A stretch of DNA of 64,000 nt from Saccostrea cucullata (lineage: Eukaryota). The stretch spans positions 124,001 to 188,000 of the forward strand of contig NW_026925910.1 in the NCBI RefSeq assembly GCF_032062105.1, in the 5' to 3' direction. Positions 47,501 through 61,112 of this stretch are shown in pieces. Position 1 is the stretch's first letter, and every line of letters begins with the position of its first letter. The notes under the pieces are model-generated. The model was not told the DNA's origin. It worked only from the letters and a program-made list of their open reading frames with translations, and searched no databases. The position numbers and the translations under genes were made by a program.

Positions 47501-50500
47501 CATCTTCTGTCAACCATTACACGAGAGTTGTCGACCGTGAAACAGATGATAGATTCCATGCAGCCAAAGATGGCAGATTGTCAGAATAAGACGCATGCGC
47601 TGTTGGGAGACTGCATCCACTGTGTCAATGATTTATGCCAAAACAGGTTATACAAACTTATGTTTAAAGCTATTAATTCATACATTTGATTTGTTGGTCA
47701 AAATCAGCAATCGAACCCTTTCGACAAAAGATTATATCAAAGTTTCTCTTACATTAGAAATGTGACTATTAAAATCAACAGCCTACTAGTATTTTCGTTA
47801 ATTATAAAAAAGAAATGACGTCATCTAAAATAAGGTTCATTTCCCCTGATTATGTGCATTTGTAAAAATTCTGTTGGAAAACATCCATTCCAGTACCACT
47901 TTACTAATTTGACCATTGGCTCAGCAATGATTATGCACATACAATATACATAATTAATTCTCCTCGTTGGAATCCGACCGGCGACACTCGCCCAATAGTC
48001 TGAATTGCTAAAATATCGAGGAAATGTCAAGAATAAAGCATAATTTATTTACTAAGATATGATATTTTTTGGTTACAGAATCAGGAAGTGCCGGGGGATC
48101 ACGAAAGTTGTTCTTCCTGCCGCAGGGGGCGTCTCGGTCTCCAACCACCAGAACGAGGCTGGAGAATCCATAGTTAAGATCTGCAGCATCCTACGCGATA
48201 ACTCCAGGTCATGCCAGACGATCATGAACCCCGATGGTATCATGGTCTCATCCATTTCTAGCATGGGAAATAATCTACAGGTATATAAAAGAACAGAAAT
48301 ATACAAAACATATTTCTTTGATAAAATTCTTTTAAATTGTATTTTTTTTTTTTGGTTTACCCAACTAATATTTAAAAAAAAAACAAGGTCAAGGGTCAGA
48401 TATCATAGCATGCTCGGAAATATCTTATTACAGAATATGCAAATGTCAAATATGAAAGCTCTATCTATTGTCAATCAAAAGATGAAAGAAAATAATAGCA
48501 CTTTTGAAAGATGGGTCAAACGTCAAGGTTCAAGGTCACGGGATCAAAAAATCATTGTGTATTTAGAAAGGTCTTGTCAATGGTAATATACACGTGAAAT
48601 CCCTATCTCTTCTCATTCAAAAGTTATGACCAAGGTTTTAATAAAGTAACACAATGAGTCAAAATCATGTTTTTCTTTTAAGATATCTGTAGCATAAAAA
48701 GAAAGACTTGTGAAAATTTTGAGTATATAGCGAAGATATGACAATAAAACTGCACTGTAAAGCAAGAAAAGACTGCACATTATAAGTGCCAGAAAATCGA
48801 AGGTTGTATCTACCGTTTCGTTGTTTTCGTGTATTTCAAGGTCACGCCACTTATATTTTTAGCTCAAACTTGTAAACAAACATTCAACTGGAGCATGCAA
48901 AGGTGAGAAATATATTCCAACAACCTTTTTCAAGAGATTGCATCAAATTGTTGGTCTACTTACATTCATCCCTGGGTACTTGAGACCATGGTAACTATGG
49001 TAACTTTTCTGCGCACGCGTACAATAGGGAGGAAGAAGTAAATGCAATATTTTCGCTATGGAGCAAACTGAAATTATTTTTACTTTTATTTTTCTCCATA
49101 AAAATAGATTTTTTAGGTTCTGAAATCTGTACTTTTCTGAAACCTAATACTTTTAGGAATTGAACAAAATTTACTCGGGTCATGCAAAAATTCTACGTTT
49201 ATCAATTTTCCCCTTTGTGCGTCACAGTTTCTCTTTAAGTTTTTGAAAAGTAGGCCAAACTTCAAGGTCAAGATCACGAGGTCAAAATCATAGTGTATTT
49301 AAAAGGTCTTGTCACTGGTAATATGCATGTTTAATATGAAATTCATATCTCTTCTCATTCAAAAGATAGGAGCAAGGTTCAAGTTTTTGTGACAGACGGA
49401 CAGACTGCCAGACGTACAGACTGACAGACGGACAGATTAGATTTAATGTCCCATCGCTTTAACGAATAAAATTCGAGAAAGTATGGCGAAAAAACATAAA
49501 AGTACATGTTCTAATTTCAAAACATCGAAACAACATAACATTGAATGACAAATGACAAATGAGATCCCTTCTCTAGAAAACACAAGAAACGACCAATCTT
49601 ATTGTGTAAAATAGATAAAAACAGTACCAACCACATTAAGTGTGACGCAATTCTACATCAAATAAACTGGTTTTAATTATACAAATAAACAGGATGTTAA
49701 AGAATTAATCCCGTTTTCTATTCATTTTAATAGGTGCATCTGCAAAGTGCTGTAAATGACCTTGGCGGAAACGTTGGAACGTTTGTCAATGGGATGCAGA
49801 CTTTCATTGGTGGGTTCAGTCCATCAAAATCCTCCCTCAATGCTTCAGAATGGGAAGCCCTGCAACGGGCTGGAGAACAGTATGGGCGGATTGCCAACGA
49901 AATGGGACAACAGGTGAAAAGGACAAACCGCCTTAACTTTCACCAAGCTTTTTAGATATTATTTTTTAAAGAAAAGTTTTCTTTTTGTTTTAAAGCATCA
50001 AATAATGAGGAATTTATTTAATCGTAGTCGTTGTAACAGTAATGCCCAAATTTTCCAGTGAAAATGTTATATTTAAACTATTAAAAAATGCTTTAAAATT
50101 TCTAAATACAGAACATTACTTTTATATCAGATGGCTCAAATGGGTATGGAAATGGGTCGTTCAATGAACAATTTTGCCCATGGAATGAACCAAGGAATGA
50201 ACCAAATGGCGATGGGATTAACAGACATGTTCAACAACATGGCTGCCAGTTTTGGACAATGGAACGTTCCAAATGGCGTCCCAAGCGTTGTCAACATCAA
50301 CTCGCAAATACCAGGCAACTCACACACTGTAGTTAACATTAACTCTAACATAGGATCATATCAAGACCCAGTTGTCCAGAGTCCAGCCAATATCCAGCAG
50401 ATTGATATGCATTTGCCTGAATATCCATCAGCAGTGAACATAAATTCTCAGATCCACACACAAAACAACATACCCAACTCAGCAAAATCCCTTCACAATA

Positions 50501-53066
50501 CCCAGTCTGTCTCGTCTTCAAATGTCGTGAGGATAAATGATAAAGTTTACCGACAGAAGAATAGCAATGTTCCGCATGTCTTAAATATCGATACACACAT
50601 TCAGAACAAAAATGGTAAAATTCCACGAAATCAGAACGTCAACATAAACATGGGACAATCTTTTGGACCATTTGACGGACATGCGTTTGCAGCTAATATG
50701 AATAATTACATGACCAATCTCTTTAGTAAGTTCCAGTCATCACTTTTTCGAAGATGACAATTTTTATAACGCACAATGCTACAAAATTAGCGTTTTATAT
50801 ACGCGCTTTCCTCTTTTAGGTAACATCTTCGGAAGGAAAAAGCGAGCAGTTCCTTCTTTTGAACCAACATCAACAACTTCTGCTACACCTAGTCTGAAAC
50901 GGTTTAAAGTATCCAGCAGACGATCGCGAAGAAGAAAATCAAAATCAGGAAAGTCAAAAACGAGGAAGAATTTCTCAACTACCACCACTACGCCTGCGCC
51001 AGTCAGCCCAGAAACAGCACCTAAAACTGCGGCGGCACCCACCACAACCCCGTCACAAGCCACTCCAGCAGTAAAAGTTCACTCAGATCAACTCGCCTCT
51101 CAACTCGAGCAGACCATTGTTGACCGTTTTACGCAACCAAGCAAAGAAACCCCAAAAGTATTATTACATCCATTTATTATTCCAAAATCAGCTTCAAAAG
51201 CATAAATTATGTCTTTCCAAAAGTTGGTATATTGCTTATAAATGCAGTAATATATCTTTTTGTTGATAGGTAACAACCGTTGTAATTGATCCACCAAAGA
51301 CGTCAGAACTATCATTTGATCCAGAGGTTATTTCACAAAAGCTCGGAACAACAGAGAAAATCCCCAACTCGCACGACGATTCTCCCGCCCTGCAGGCACT
51401 GTTAGGCGTTATCCTGCCAGAGGAAGCTTACGATTTCCCAGTGCAGTCCTCTACAGTGGCTCCTATCACGCCCATTAGCCTTGGACTGGAGGATCTGTTC
51501 AAGTCTATGACTGTTCCACCAAATGTTGAGAGTTCATCCGATGTTCCAGACTGTGGAACTATAGTTATCGATCCAGATTCATGTGCTAGATATAAGTCTC
51601 AATGTGCAACTTGTGCCAACTACATCGACAAAAATAAGGGAGATATTCTTCAGAAAGGTATTAAAAGTCTTTTTGGTTGTTGGTAATTTCATAGACTTTG
51701 TTTATCATCAGGTGACAATACTCTAGTATTGTGTCCTGCGTTCTATTTAATTTACTTAACGAGGCAGTATAGTGTTGCATGTTCTGTAATGCAGAATTTT
51801 GTACAACTGACACTTTCTACCGTAAAGCGGGTTTTTTTAGCGGGTGTAAAAGTTAGCGTTATATTCGTTAAAGGATATGCCAATAATCTATTTTACGGAT
51901 ATGGAGTTCCATGACATTGCAAACCAAGATATACGTAAATAGATCACATCTTAAGTTAAAAACAAATTCGTATACCGGTGCAGACGGCAGACAAAGTTTG
52001 AATAGATCTTTTTTTCACCTAGAATTAATACGCAAAGTTGTGTCACCACCATTTCTTCCACAGAGAAACTATTGTTTCAGTTTAAATCAGTAGCATGTTT
52101 TTAGCAATTTAAGCCAAAAAAGTCTGCTTAGTATTTATGAGGAAAAAATAGCCAACTTCTACCAACATTTATTTAAATAACATCAATCGGAATTCTATAT
52201 CAATGTTTGATAGAAATTTCGGAAAACTTGAACTAATGGCATGATAGAGAAAACTGATTTTACTCAACACAAAATGTAAATCAGACTAAGTTTGACAGCG
52301 TTGAATACAATATACGACATTCTAAGTAATAGTCATTTGTCGAGTTTGACAGATCCTTAATTACACGACATTTTTCTAGCTAAATAGTATGAGACTGGTT
52401 TTAATTAAAATATACTTTAATAAATTATTGGCGCACTTGGGAACAAGGTTAAGCATCAAGGTATTATCACTCTTATTTTTCAAGACAATTTTTGTTCTTT
52501 GAATAAATCGTTTTGGCTTAAATTGCCATATTTTGGACAGTGAGGAGCTACCATGCAATGGCAAAAACACCTTCTATAGATATCAGTATCACAGTATAGG
52601 TGTTTAAGAAATAGATATATTAATTTTTGTTGTTTCAAACAGTTTGTGGTACAAGAATCGTAAAGAATGGAAATAAATTGACGGAGAAGCTAGAGAAACT
52701 CAACGAAGTTTATGATCAAGTGATATCCTCCTCCAATTTTATCACAGAGGTGAGATTTTCTCCCGATATAATGAAAATGTTCAGTGTAAAGAAGCACTAC
52801 AAAATATGCCAAAGATCATCTTCGACTGTATGACTTAAAATAATATTTTGTTGGTTTTTGTTTTTTAGGTTGAATTTCAAAGGTCAAACATCGACCCCGT
52901 GACCTTAACGGTCCCAGATATGAAGGTCAGGGCACTAGTGAGAGGAAAGCCTCTCCGATTTTCCTCTAAAGCTCCCCTGTATGTGTTCGATATGGCAAAA
53001 ACTGCGACGACATTATCTAAGCAAATTTGGCAATACTGGTCCCCAAACCACTACAAAACACCATAG
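44557..53066 (+). CDS. Uncharacterised secreted modular precursor, 759 aa, 9 exons
   Basis: Exons 44557-44659, 47478-47646, 48079-48280, 49734-49913, 50131-50725, 50820-51157, 51270-51657, 52643-52749 and 52869-53066 join in frame (2280 nt). Signal peptide MEGHKLVALLFLICVDLHYSLT; GRKKR/AV site; Cys-containing N- and C-terminal domains; AATAAA at 53329. Confidence 0.82.
45365..46505 (-). mobile_element. Penelope-like retroelement 3' fragment hosting a MITE
   Basis: GAGGTGGGATCAGGTG..TGGAGGAGTGAGCATCCC motif; colinear with the 14020-14512 copy. Confidence 0.6.
45657..46189. mobile_element. MITE with ~110-bp TIRs and 9-bp TSD (MULE-like)
   Basis: TAGCTGCAGAACTGTAGCTCTC... / ...GAGAGCTACAGTTCTGCAGCTA with perfect TSD CGTATCGCC. 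Confidence 0.9.
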
Positions 53067-54443
53067 CATAGTCAGCGAGAGCATGCGCAGTAGACATGTG
53101 AAAGAGACTGCTCGGATGGTTAGGGGTTCCATTCCGTGAGATGGCCCTTATCTTTAAGACACTTTTAAAGATTTATTTATTTTATTGCGAATGTGTAAGT
53201 ACATGTATTTAAAGTTGTACAGTTAACAAGAGGAAGAGAGACGATTTTATGATGATTCCGATCCTTAAAGGAACAAGGTTGTGTTTTATTGTTTTATGTT
53301 TATTTATTTTATTTGTTGATCATTGTATAATAAACATAGAGAACTCTCCACGTACTTTTTTTATCCAGCAGTCAATAAAAATCAGTACTTCTGAATGCTT
53401 CAGTATAATTAATTTAATTGAATTTTTCCGATCAAGATTTAGAAGTAAATAATTTTCATATCTTATCTAGAAAAAAAACATTATTTTTTTCAAAATCAAT
53501 CAGAATAATGTTTCTGTTAAGAACAGTAATTTTTCGATGAACAGAAGTTGAATACAGTTTTTATATTCCTGTAATCCAAGATTCTGGGGGTTAATAGGTC
53601 TTTGTCTAGTAGTCTGAATATCTGCAAATTCTTACCCTCACCGTACGCTGATTTTTGAATGGTTGGTGCAAGGGCTTTCATATTTCGTAATGTATTCATT
53701 GTGTCTTAAACCCTTCTTCAGGCAACAGTATTTCAACCTCTTCTAGGCCTGGAGTTTGACCTTCTTTAGAAAACTTTTTCCTCGTCTACGTTTTATAAAC
53801 GGTTGGTACTAAGACTTTCGTATTTCACATGAAAATTCCTTGTGAAGAGACTTTTCTGAGTTTCAATATTTTTGACCTCATGGCTTAGATCTCGGAATTT
53901 GAGCTACTTTTGAAAAAAATACTTTGGCTACCATCTGCCATTCGCGAAAATTTTTGCAAACACATCTTGCACAACATGTCATTCGCATGAATAATTTGTG
54001 ATAGGACTGAAATCATCAAATTACCATCCATATATAGAGAAAATACAGCAAACTGAAATTAAGTGATTTAAAAAACAAATAAACTCAACAGAGCATGTTG
54101 AATATCTACATAATATACTTTCATATTCAATTCGTTATTGCCTTGGGCTGTTTAAGTACATTTGAATGACACTTTTTAAGTTTAATTATCCGATCATCTG
54201 CACACATGTTAATACTAAATGTAAAAGTAGATAACGCAGGCAGACATTCAAGAATCCTTTATCGGCATGGGAACATTTTTTCGGATTTATTTCTTATCAT
54301 CCGTTCCGTAAATTCTTATCACTTCTGCTAACCTAAGTACTATATGTGTAACACTCGTAATTTGATAGAATGTGTAAGTATTATTGCTTGAGTCTGCAAT
54401 GCCCGTCTTGAGAGCTGCTTTGCTGATCGAGTGACAACCAACA

Positions 54444-57400
54444 ATGGCGGCAACATTTTCGGTTTTGGATTACTGCTTGTTCGCTGCCGTTCTTCTTGTG
54501 TCTGCAGTAGTGGGACTCTACTATTTTCTCAAAGAAAAGTTTGGGAAGAAGGAGATGACAGCAGACGACCTGTTGATGGGAGGACGAGATATGGGCGTGT
54601 TTCCAGTAGCCATGTCTTTGGTTGCTAGTTACATGTCGGCAATCACTGTTCTTGGTTTGTATCCTTCACAGCAACATTACCAAATCATAATGACAGAGAT
54701 TTTCAGAAAGAATTCGTTATAAAGTATCTGAAAAGAAACAAAGATATCGGTATTTCTTCTTTTACAGGGGTACCAACCGAAATGTACGTTTATGGTACAC
54801 AATATTTTCTCGTGGGATTTTCCGGGCTGATGACCTATCCAGCCACTTGTTTTATTTTTCTTCCATTTTTTCACAACCTTGGACTCACCAGTGCATATCA
54901 GGTATGATAGTGTTGGGATCCATTGCACTAACACAGTAAACGTCCCGAATAGAACTTACTTCCGTCTTTTAAATGGACTGTTCGAAGATACTAAGGCAAG
55001 TCCTTGCTTAGATTCTTCAATATCTTCATACTGACTTGTAGAGATATTTTAAATATGACAACAACTGTTGCATCCAAACTTTCCATCATCTATAAGATAT
55101 TGTTATTTTAGAATGCTTGTTGTCAACATTTCAGTGCAATCTACAGACTTTGATTGTAAAGTTTGAATTGGTTCATGATCTTAAGACTAGTTCCTCAACT
55201 ATCTGTTGGAATAATTATGGGCACAAATTGTGCTTCCATTTTGTTTTATTTATGAAGTAGAATTTGTTTTAATACTTCTATATTAGGGAAAAAAAAGTCT
55301 TTCTGTAGCGTTCTATTTGACATTAGAATATATCGACAACGTCTTACATATAACAATACTTATTTTCATTCTTTTATCAAACAAATATACCGGTATCTCA
55401 CTGAAATCAAGAAAAACATCCATAGAATCAGCAACAATTCTTTAATATTTGAACGTTTTACTTACTGGCTTAACGTTTATGGCAAAATAACTTTGTGATA
55501 AATCGGATAAATTATATTTAAATAACTCTCCATTTCTGGAAACAATAATTCTACAGCCAACTGTATGTCTCCCATCTGATTCGCTGATGTGCCCTTTGTT
55601 GTTCTGTTTTTTAATCATATGAGGAAATCTGCAGTCAACCTATGACTGATAATGCAATGTGTCTTGAACTTTAGTACCTGGAGCTCCGGTTCAACCGATG
55701 GACAAGATGTCTTGCTTCTTTCGTGTTCGTCCTCGAAATGGTAAGACTTTTTTTTTTTATCAAAGTTAACTAAATTTTCTTAAGTCTTGAAATAAATCCT
55801 AATGAATTCTTTCACTTTTAGATTTTATACATGGCTGTGGTTTTATATGCACCTGCACTCGCTCTCAATCAAGGTAGGTACGTTAACTATTTGTTACATT
55901 GTTGCATTTGGTTAGTTCCAAGTAAAGCAAAGAAAATCCATCTGCTTCGATATGATGCCTTTTTCAGTCCAGCTCAATTTTCTTTCTTTTGGAGAATTTT
56001 CTTTGAGCGATAATAGTTCGATAGGTTGCTGATCATTTGAATGTTCATTTTAGTGACTGGGCTATCTTTGTGGGGTTCTATTGTCAGTGTCGGTGTCGTG
56101 GTGACATTTTACACCTCTTTGGTAAGCAGTTCTTTTTTACTTTTCTTTTGGAAAATAGAATATTATGTCAGAAAATGTAGACTGTGTATAATTATTTATT
56201 GACTTTAGGATAAAGTTTCTCTTTGATGTGTAGGGTGGGCTACGAGCCGTGGTCTGGACGGACACGTTTCAGACATTTGTTGTTGTCGGAGGACTGATCG
56301 GGATCATTATCATGGGTAGTAATAAACTGGGAGGAATAGGAGAAGTGTGGCGGATCTCACAAGAGGGACAAAGGATAAAGTTTTTCGAGTAAGCCTATAT
56401 AAAAAGATGTTAAAAGGCAGTTTTTAATGCGATTCATAGAATTCAAAGTTTTGTCCAAGAAATAATATGCTTGAGCTAAATATCAAGTCAGAGAACTACT
56501 AATTTTGCATGTATAAATAAAGTACTTATAAACGGACTAAATGGAAAATATCAAAATGTTCCTCTTTCGCTACAGTTTTGACTTCAGTCCTTTCAAGCGC
56601 TGTACATTCTGGGGCCTCATTGTTGGAAGCTTTATTGGTCAACTGACAATATACGGATCCAGCCAGACCATGCTACAGCGTTATATGAGTATAAGCAATG
56701 TGCGCAAGTCACAACTGTACGTCACATCCGGTATTTTTTAAATATGGGCATTGAAGGGTGTATCTATTTCAAACTTAAGTTGACTTTATTTGCTCTTCAG
56801 TGCACTGTTCGTAAGTCTACCCACCACTATTCTTCTCGTAGCGTTAGTCTGTGTGGCAGGTCTTGTTATATACGCTACTTATCATGCGTGTGATCCTCTA
56901 CTTGATGGAAAAATTATATCAAGAGACCAGGTAAAATTTATCGAATTTTTTGTTTAAGTTGAAAAAGTGGAAACAAGTGAAATATCCAAATGTCAAATTC
57001 ATAAATGTACTCGGTACATACATGTAATAGTCCTACTATTTTGAATTTCCTCTTCCTTTTCTTTCAAGTTGTTGCCTTATTACGTGATGGAGTCACTTGG
57101 GGGAATACCAGGTGTCCCAGGCATATTTGTCGCCTGTATTTTCAGTGCATCTTTGAGGTAGCTTTTGGTTTTTAATCACTTTCTAACAAGCTGTTGCCTT
57201 ATCAAATGAAAAATTAGGATATTTCATCTCCTCTTAGCTCCATCTCCTCTTGTTTGAATGCTGTATCAATCACAATTCTGGAAGATCTAGTCAAGCCAGC
57301 CATGGAGTACTTTGACAAGACAATGTGCATGCAAACAGAGGCAAGACTGGCCAAGTTTTTAGGTAGGATAGCCCCCCCCCCCCTCCGCAAATGAAGCCTA

Positions 57401-58981
57401 CAGATATTTAGGCCATTTGAACTTTTATTTCCTTCATTTACTTATAAAGTACTAGTATTCTAAATACAGCTACAATTTTAATTTCAGGAATATTGAGTGG
57501 AGTCCTTGTTATAGCATTTGCCTTCCTGTGTACAATTCTTGGTTCTACTGTGTTGCAGGTGTGTCTTTCTCTTGTTTTGATCAATCAATCAATTGATTTG
57601 AAAGATTTTCGAGTTTCTTCTATAATTGTTTTCACTTACAGATAATGATAAGTGTCTTTGGATTGGCAGGTGGTCCTCTGTTAGGTGTGATTGTACTGGG
57701 AATGTTCTTTCCTTGTGTAAATGGCAAGGCAAGTTACAATGAACAATTTTGATCAAGATACAACAATTTGAAAAAAAAAATTCTTAAAAAATCAACGTAT
57801 TACTAATCCAATCAACAGGGTGCCTTTGCAGCATTGATCCTTAGCACAGTAATAATGTTCTGGATTGTGATTGGTTCCTTTGTCTACGAAGTACCTATGC
57901 CCGTTCTTCCCTTTTCAACAGAGGGTTGTTTAGCTGAAGAAAGCACTGTGTCTTACGTTTTCAATGCATTCACCACTCACATCAGCGATTTAAATCACGT
58001 GATTCCTCAAACAGTAACAACGACACTTGCACCGTGGATAGAATGGTAGAAATTTTATTTTGTATTTTCAGAGAACATCTGTTGCTCTTTTCCACAATAA
58101 TTGCTCACTACATATAACAAGTTCAGAACTTTGATTTTCCCATATTTTTTTAAAAAGTAAATAGTATTACTAGTACCTTTGTTTAAAACAGGATTGTTTT
58201 GAATTTCTAATTTACGTGTATCTCAAGAACATCATTACAATTTTTGGAAATATTTTTGACAATTTGAATTGAGGTTTCCCCTCTTTTAGATTTACTTTAA
58301 ATTATCTTCAGGTCCGGTTTTAAGATGATCTACAGTATCTCCTTTCTCTGGTACCCCACTGTGGCCCTGTTTGTCGCTCTGGTGGTCGGCATTGTCGTCA
58401 GCTGTGTCACTGGTTAGTTAATCCTCAACAAGGTCGTGCTTCTAACATCAATTTTTTTACATTTTATATGAGGTATAAAAAGTTAGATAAGATATATATT
58501 TACAAGGATTGAAATGATCGCTTTTATTCTGAAGGTTGGACAAAACAGCCAATAAGCTCCCGGTTTGTGTACCCTGTTGCAGAAAAGTTATGTTGCTGTT
58601 TTCCTTATCGCGCTAGACTAAAGTGTGATAAGCTTTTTACATATGTAAGACAATTTACCCATTTAGAAGTATATTATTTCATTCGCATTCAATAATGTAA
58701 ACAAGTTGTGTGGATAATGTTTTTGAATAACAAATATGCAAGAAACTTCTTTGTACTTAGCAGAGCATTCAAGTTTATCTCCATGTTAAACATACTGTAT
58801 TTGTCTGTAGAATGTACTCTCTCCTGGTGGAGAGGAATTGTTAACAGATGAAGAAGATGAAGATGTTAATTCCTCAAAATCTCTGAAAATGTGTTCCCGG
58901 GAGACGGCCAGACTTCTTCCCAGGGAAACAAATAGAATGGACAGTTTTGAAGCGGAATTGGACGTTACGACTCCTGTCTAA
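54444..58981 (+). CDS. Sodium:solute symporter, SLC5A6/8/12-like (sodium-coupled monocarboxylate or multivitamin transporter), 16 exons
   Basis: Exons 54444-54654, 54768-54901, 55675-55740, 55822-55873, 56054-56121, 56234-56388, 56576-56716, 56801-56930, 57069-57157, 57238-57362, 57487-57558, 57642-57728, 57819-58045, 58312-58412, 58535-58644, 58811-58981. Motifs [70 protein letters not shown]. Confidence 0.93.
55060..55600 (+). mobile_element. Highly decayed Penelope-like RT fragment in SLC5 intron 2
   Basis: Residual VGI.MGTNCA (about 55205) and YIDNV (about 55328), resembling the PLE RT motifs GIPMGTNCAP and RYIDDV. Confidence 0.5.
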
Positions 58982-61112
58982 AACAAGATTTTTTTAATGT
59001 GGTGCTTGACTCGGCTGTTTGTTTGATGATGTTTCTGTGGAAGCTTGAGTTTGTTGATTGAATTGTACGTGTCAAGGGGCTCTTGCGCCAAATATTCTCG
59101 TTTTACAGTATGTGAGGATTTTATAATAAATGTGTGTGTGCTTTAAAATCGATTTGAATGTTCACCTGGCTGTTCCCTCACCCCGAGGAAACGAAAGGAA
59201 AACTTAAATACACACATGGACATAAAACACAGATATATCTATGTCAAGAATTGATTTTTGTGTCCTGGAAAATAAGATTTTGAATAAAAGAAGATGGAAA
59301 GGGTATCAACTTATTTTAGTTTTTTGATCCATCATTCACAGGATTTTAGAGTCGGTGTATTTTCTTTGGCGGATTTTTCGCATTTGGGATCAATTTCTAC
59401 TCAATACTTGTAATTGACCAATGAAAACTAAAACATATGGACAAATGATGAGCAGTTTTGTGTTTTGGATTGATCCAAAATAATTTACCTCTCATTTATG
59501 AGTTCTTGCACTTGAGTAAACTCGGAAATATTCCATTTTTAACTTTGTATATCAACACCTGCATGTACATTGTTTTCCCTTCTTCTTTAAGCTTCTGTCG
59601 TAGTTATTTCTGGGGAAGTTTTGTGATAAATAGTTGACAATTCATGATACCTTCTTTTTTTAATAAATACAAGTAAGTAAACTAATGCAAGAAATATCCT
59701 TTCCAAATTAAGGGCTTGCCTTTGTGTGCGGCCAAGTGAGAATTACTGAATATAAAAGCCTTCATACCTTTTAAATAAAGGCTTGCTAACACTTAAAATC
59801 TGGTCAATCTCTCTTCATAATGAAAATCATCTTTGGGTATATGCAGCCTAATGCATTGACACATCCAGGAATTTGCTGCTATAAAGTGCGCAGTGAATCA
59901 AAACCTTTCTTAATATCCAGTCAATGTTTACTTAACTTTTGAAACTTTTGGTGTTTATCGTTAGTCAATTCCAACAGAAACAATATTGCATTCTAGTCCA
60001 GTGCAGTAAGTGTAGTTAAATTCTTATTAAGATGAGCAGGATCATTTCTCTGGCAAATGGAAAAATCCACTAGTCAGCAAGGACAAGTTTTCCTTTCTTC
60101 TGGATGTTTTGTCCACACCAAAACTTGTCGGTTGATGAAAAATCATCAATACACAACTTTGTCGAAAAGTCTTTCGACACAATTACTGATGATAGTTAAT
60201 TTTGATTCCTATCAAAGGAAACAAATATTTTTAAAAAATGTGAATTACCAGCAATCCCACCAAGTATGTTCCTTTTCAATTCCAGAACACAAAATAGGAA
60301 TAATATTCATATTTTGAATTTCATTCCGAAACAAATTGACTGAATGGTCAATTTGCTAGGCATTACAGTGTGTTGCATTCTAGTGCAGCAGAGTGCAGTA
60401 TCGTTCAATAATACTTTCATTTCAACAAGCACAATTGAAACTATTCCCCCACCATCCACCCTCCAAACACAGCCTATATATACATTTTTACCTTGGGAAT
60501 GATTGTCAGTTGTGAAATTTGCATAATGTTAGTTTGTTACAAAGTTCGATAATTCAAATTATGGCCCTTTGAACAACGTAGATGAAACGATCTTTGCTCT
60601 CTGCTTTATATTATGCAAATGTTCAGTAAATGTTAACAGGTGGCAAGTTTGTAAACTATATAAGACTTTAGAAAGTGATTTTCAGAATGAACATGTGCCA
60701 AAGTTAGATTGACTAACAGTAATGTCATGTGTTAAATTAACTTTGAATGTGAGTTCATATCACTAAATAAGTACAAGCAGTATTGAAAAGCGCGTTGGAT
60801 TGTTCTACACTGAATATCAACGATTTGCTAGATTGCATCTAAAATCTATATTTTAAAAGGAGAATCAATTAGCTTGCAATTGAAAGAACTTAACTCTGCA
60901 CAAAATTACCTCTTCATGTTTCGTATATACCCAATCAGTTTTTTGATATTAAAAATAAATCAGCAAAAGTAACCATTGTTTTTGATTAGAATTAAAAGAA
61001 CTTCACTCAACACAAAATTTTCTCTGGATGTTTTGCATATACCAAATTAGTTTTCGATATTTGAAAATCAGCAAAAGTAACCGTTGTTCTGATAAGACCT
61101 CAGCTCTAAGTA

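Noticed and set aside
48640-49237. Kolobok-like insertion inside a common intronic repeat
   Set aside because: The host repeat seems interrupted, but the terminal repeats and left TTAA are too degenerate to define it confidently.
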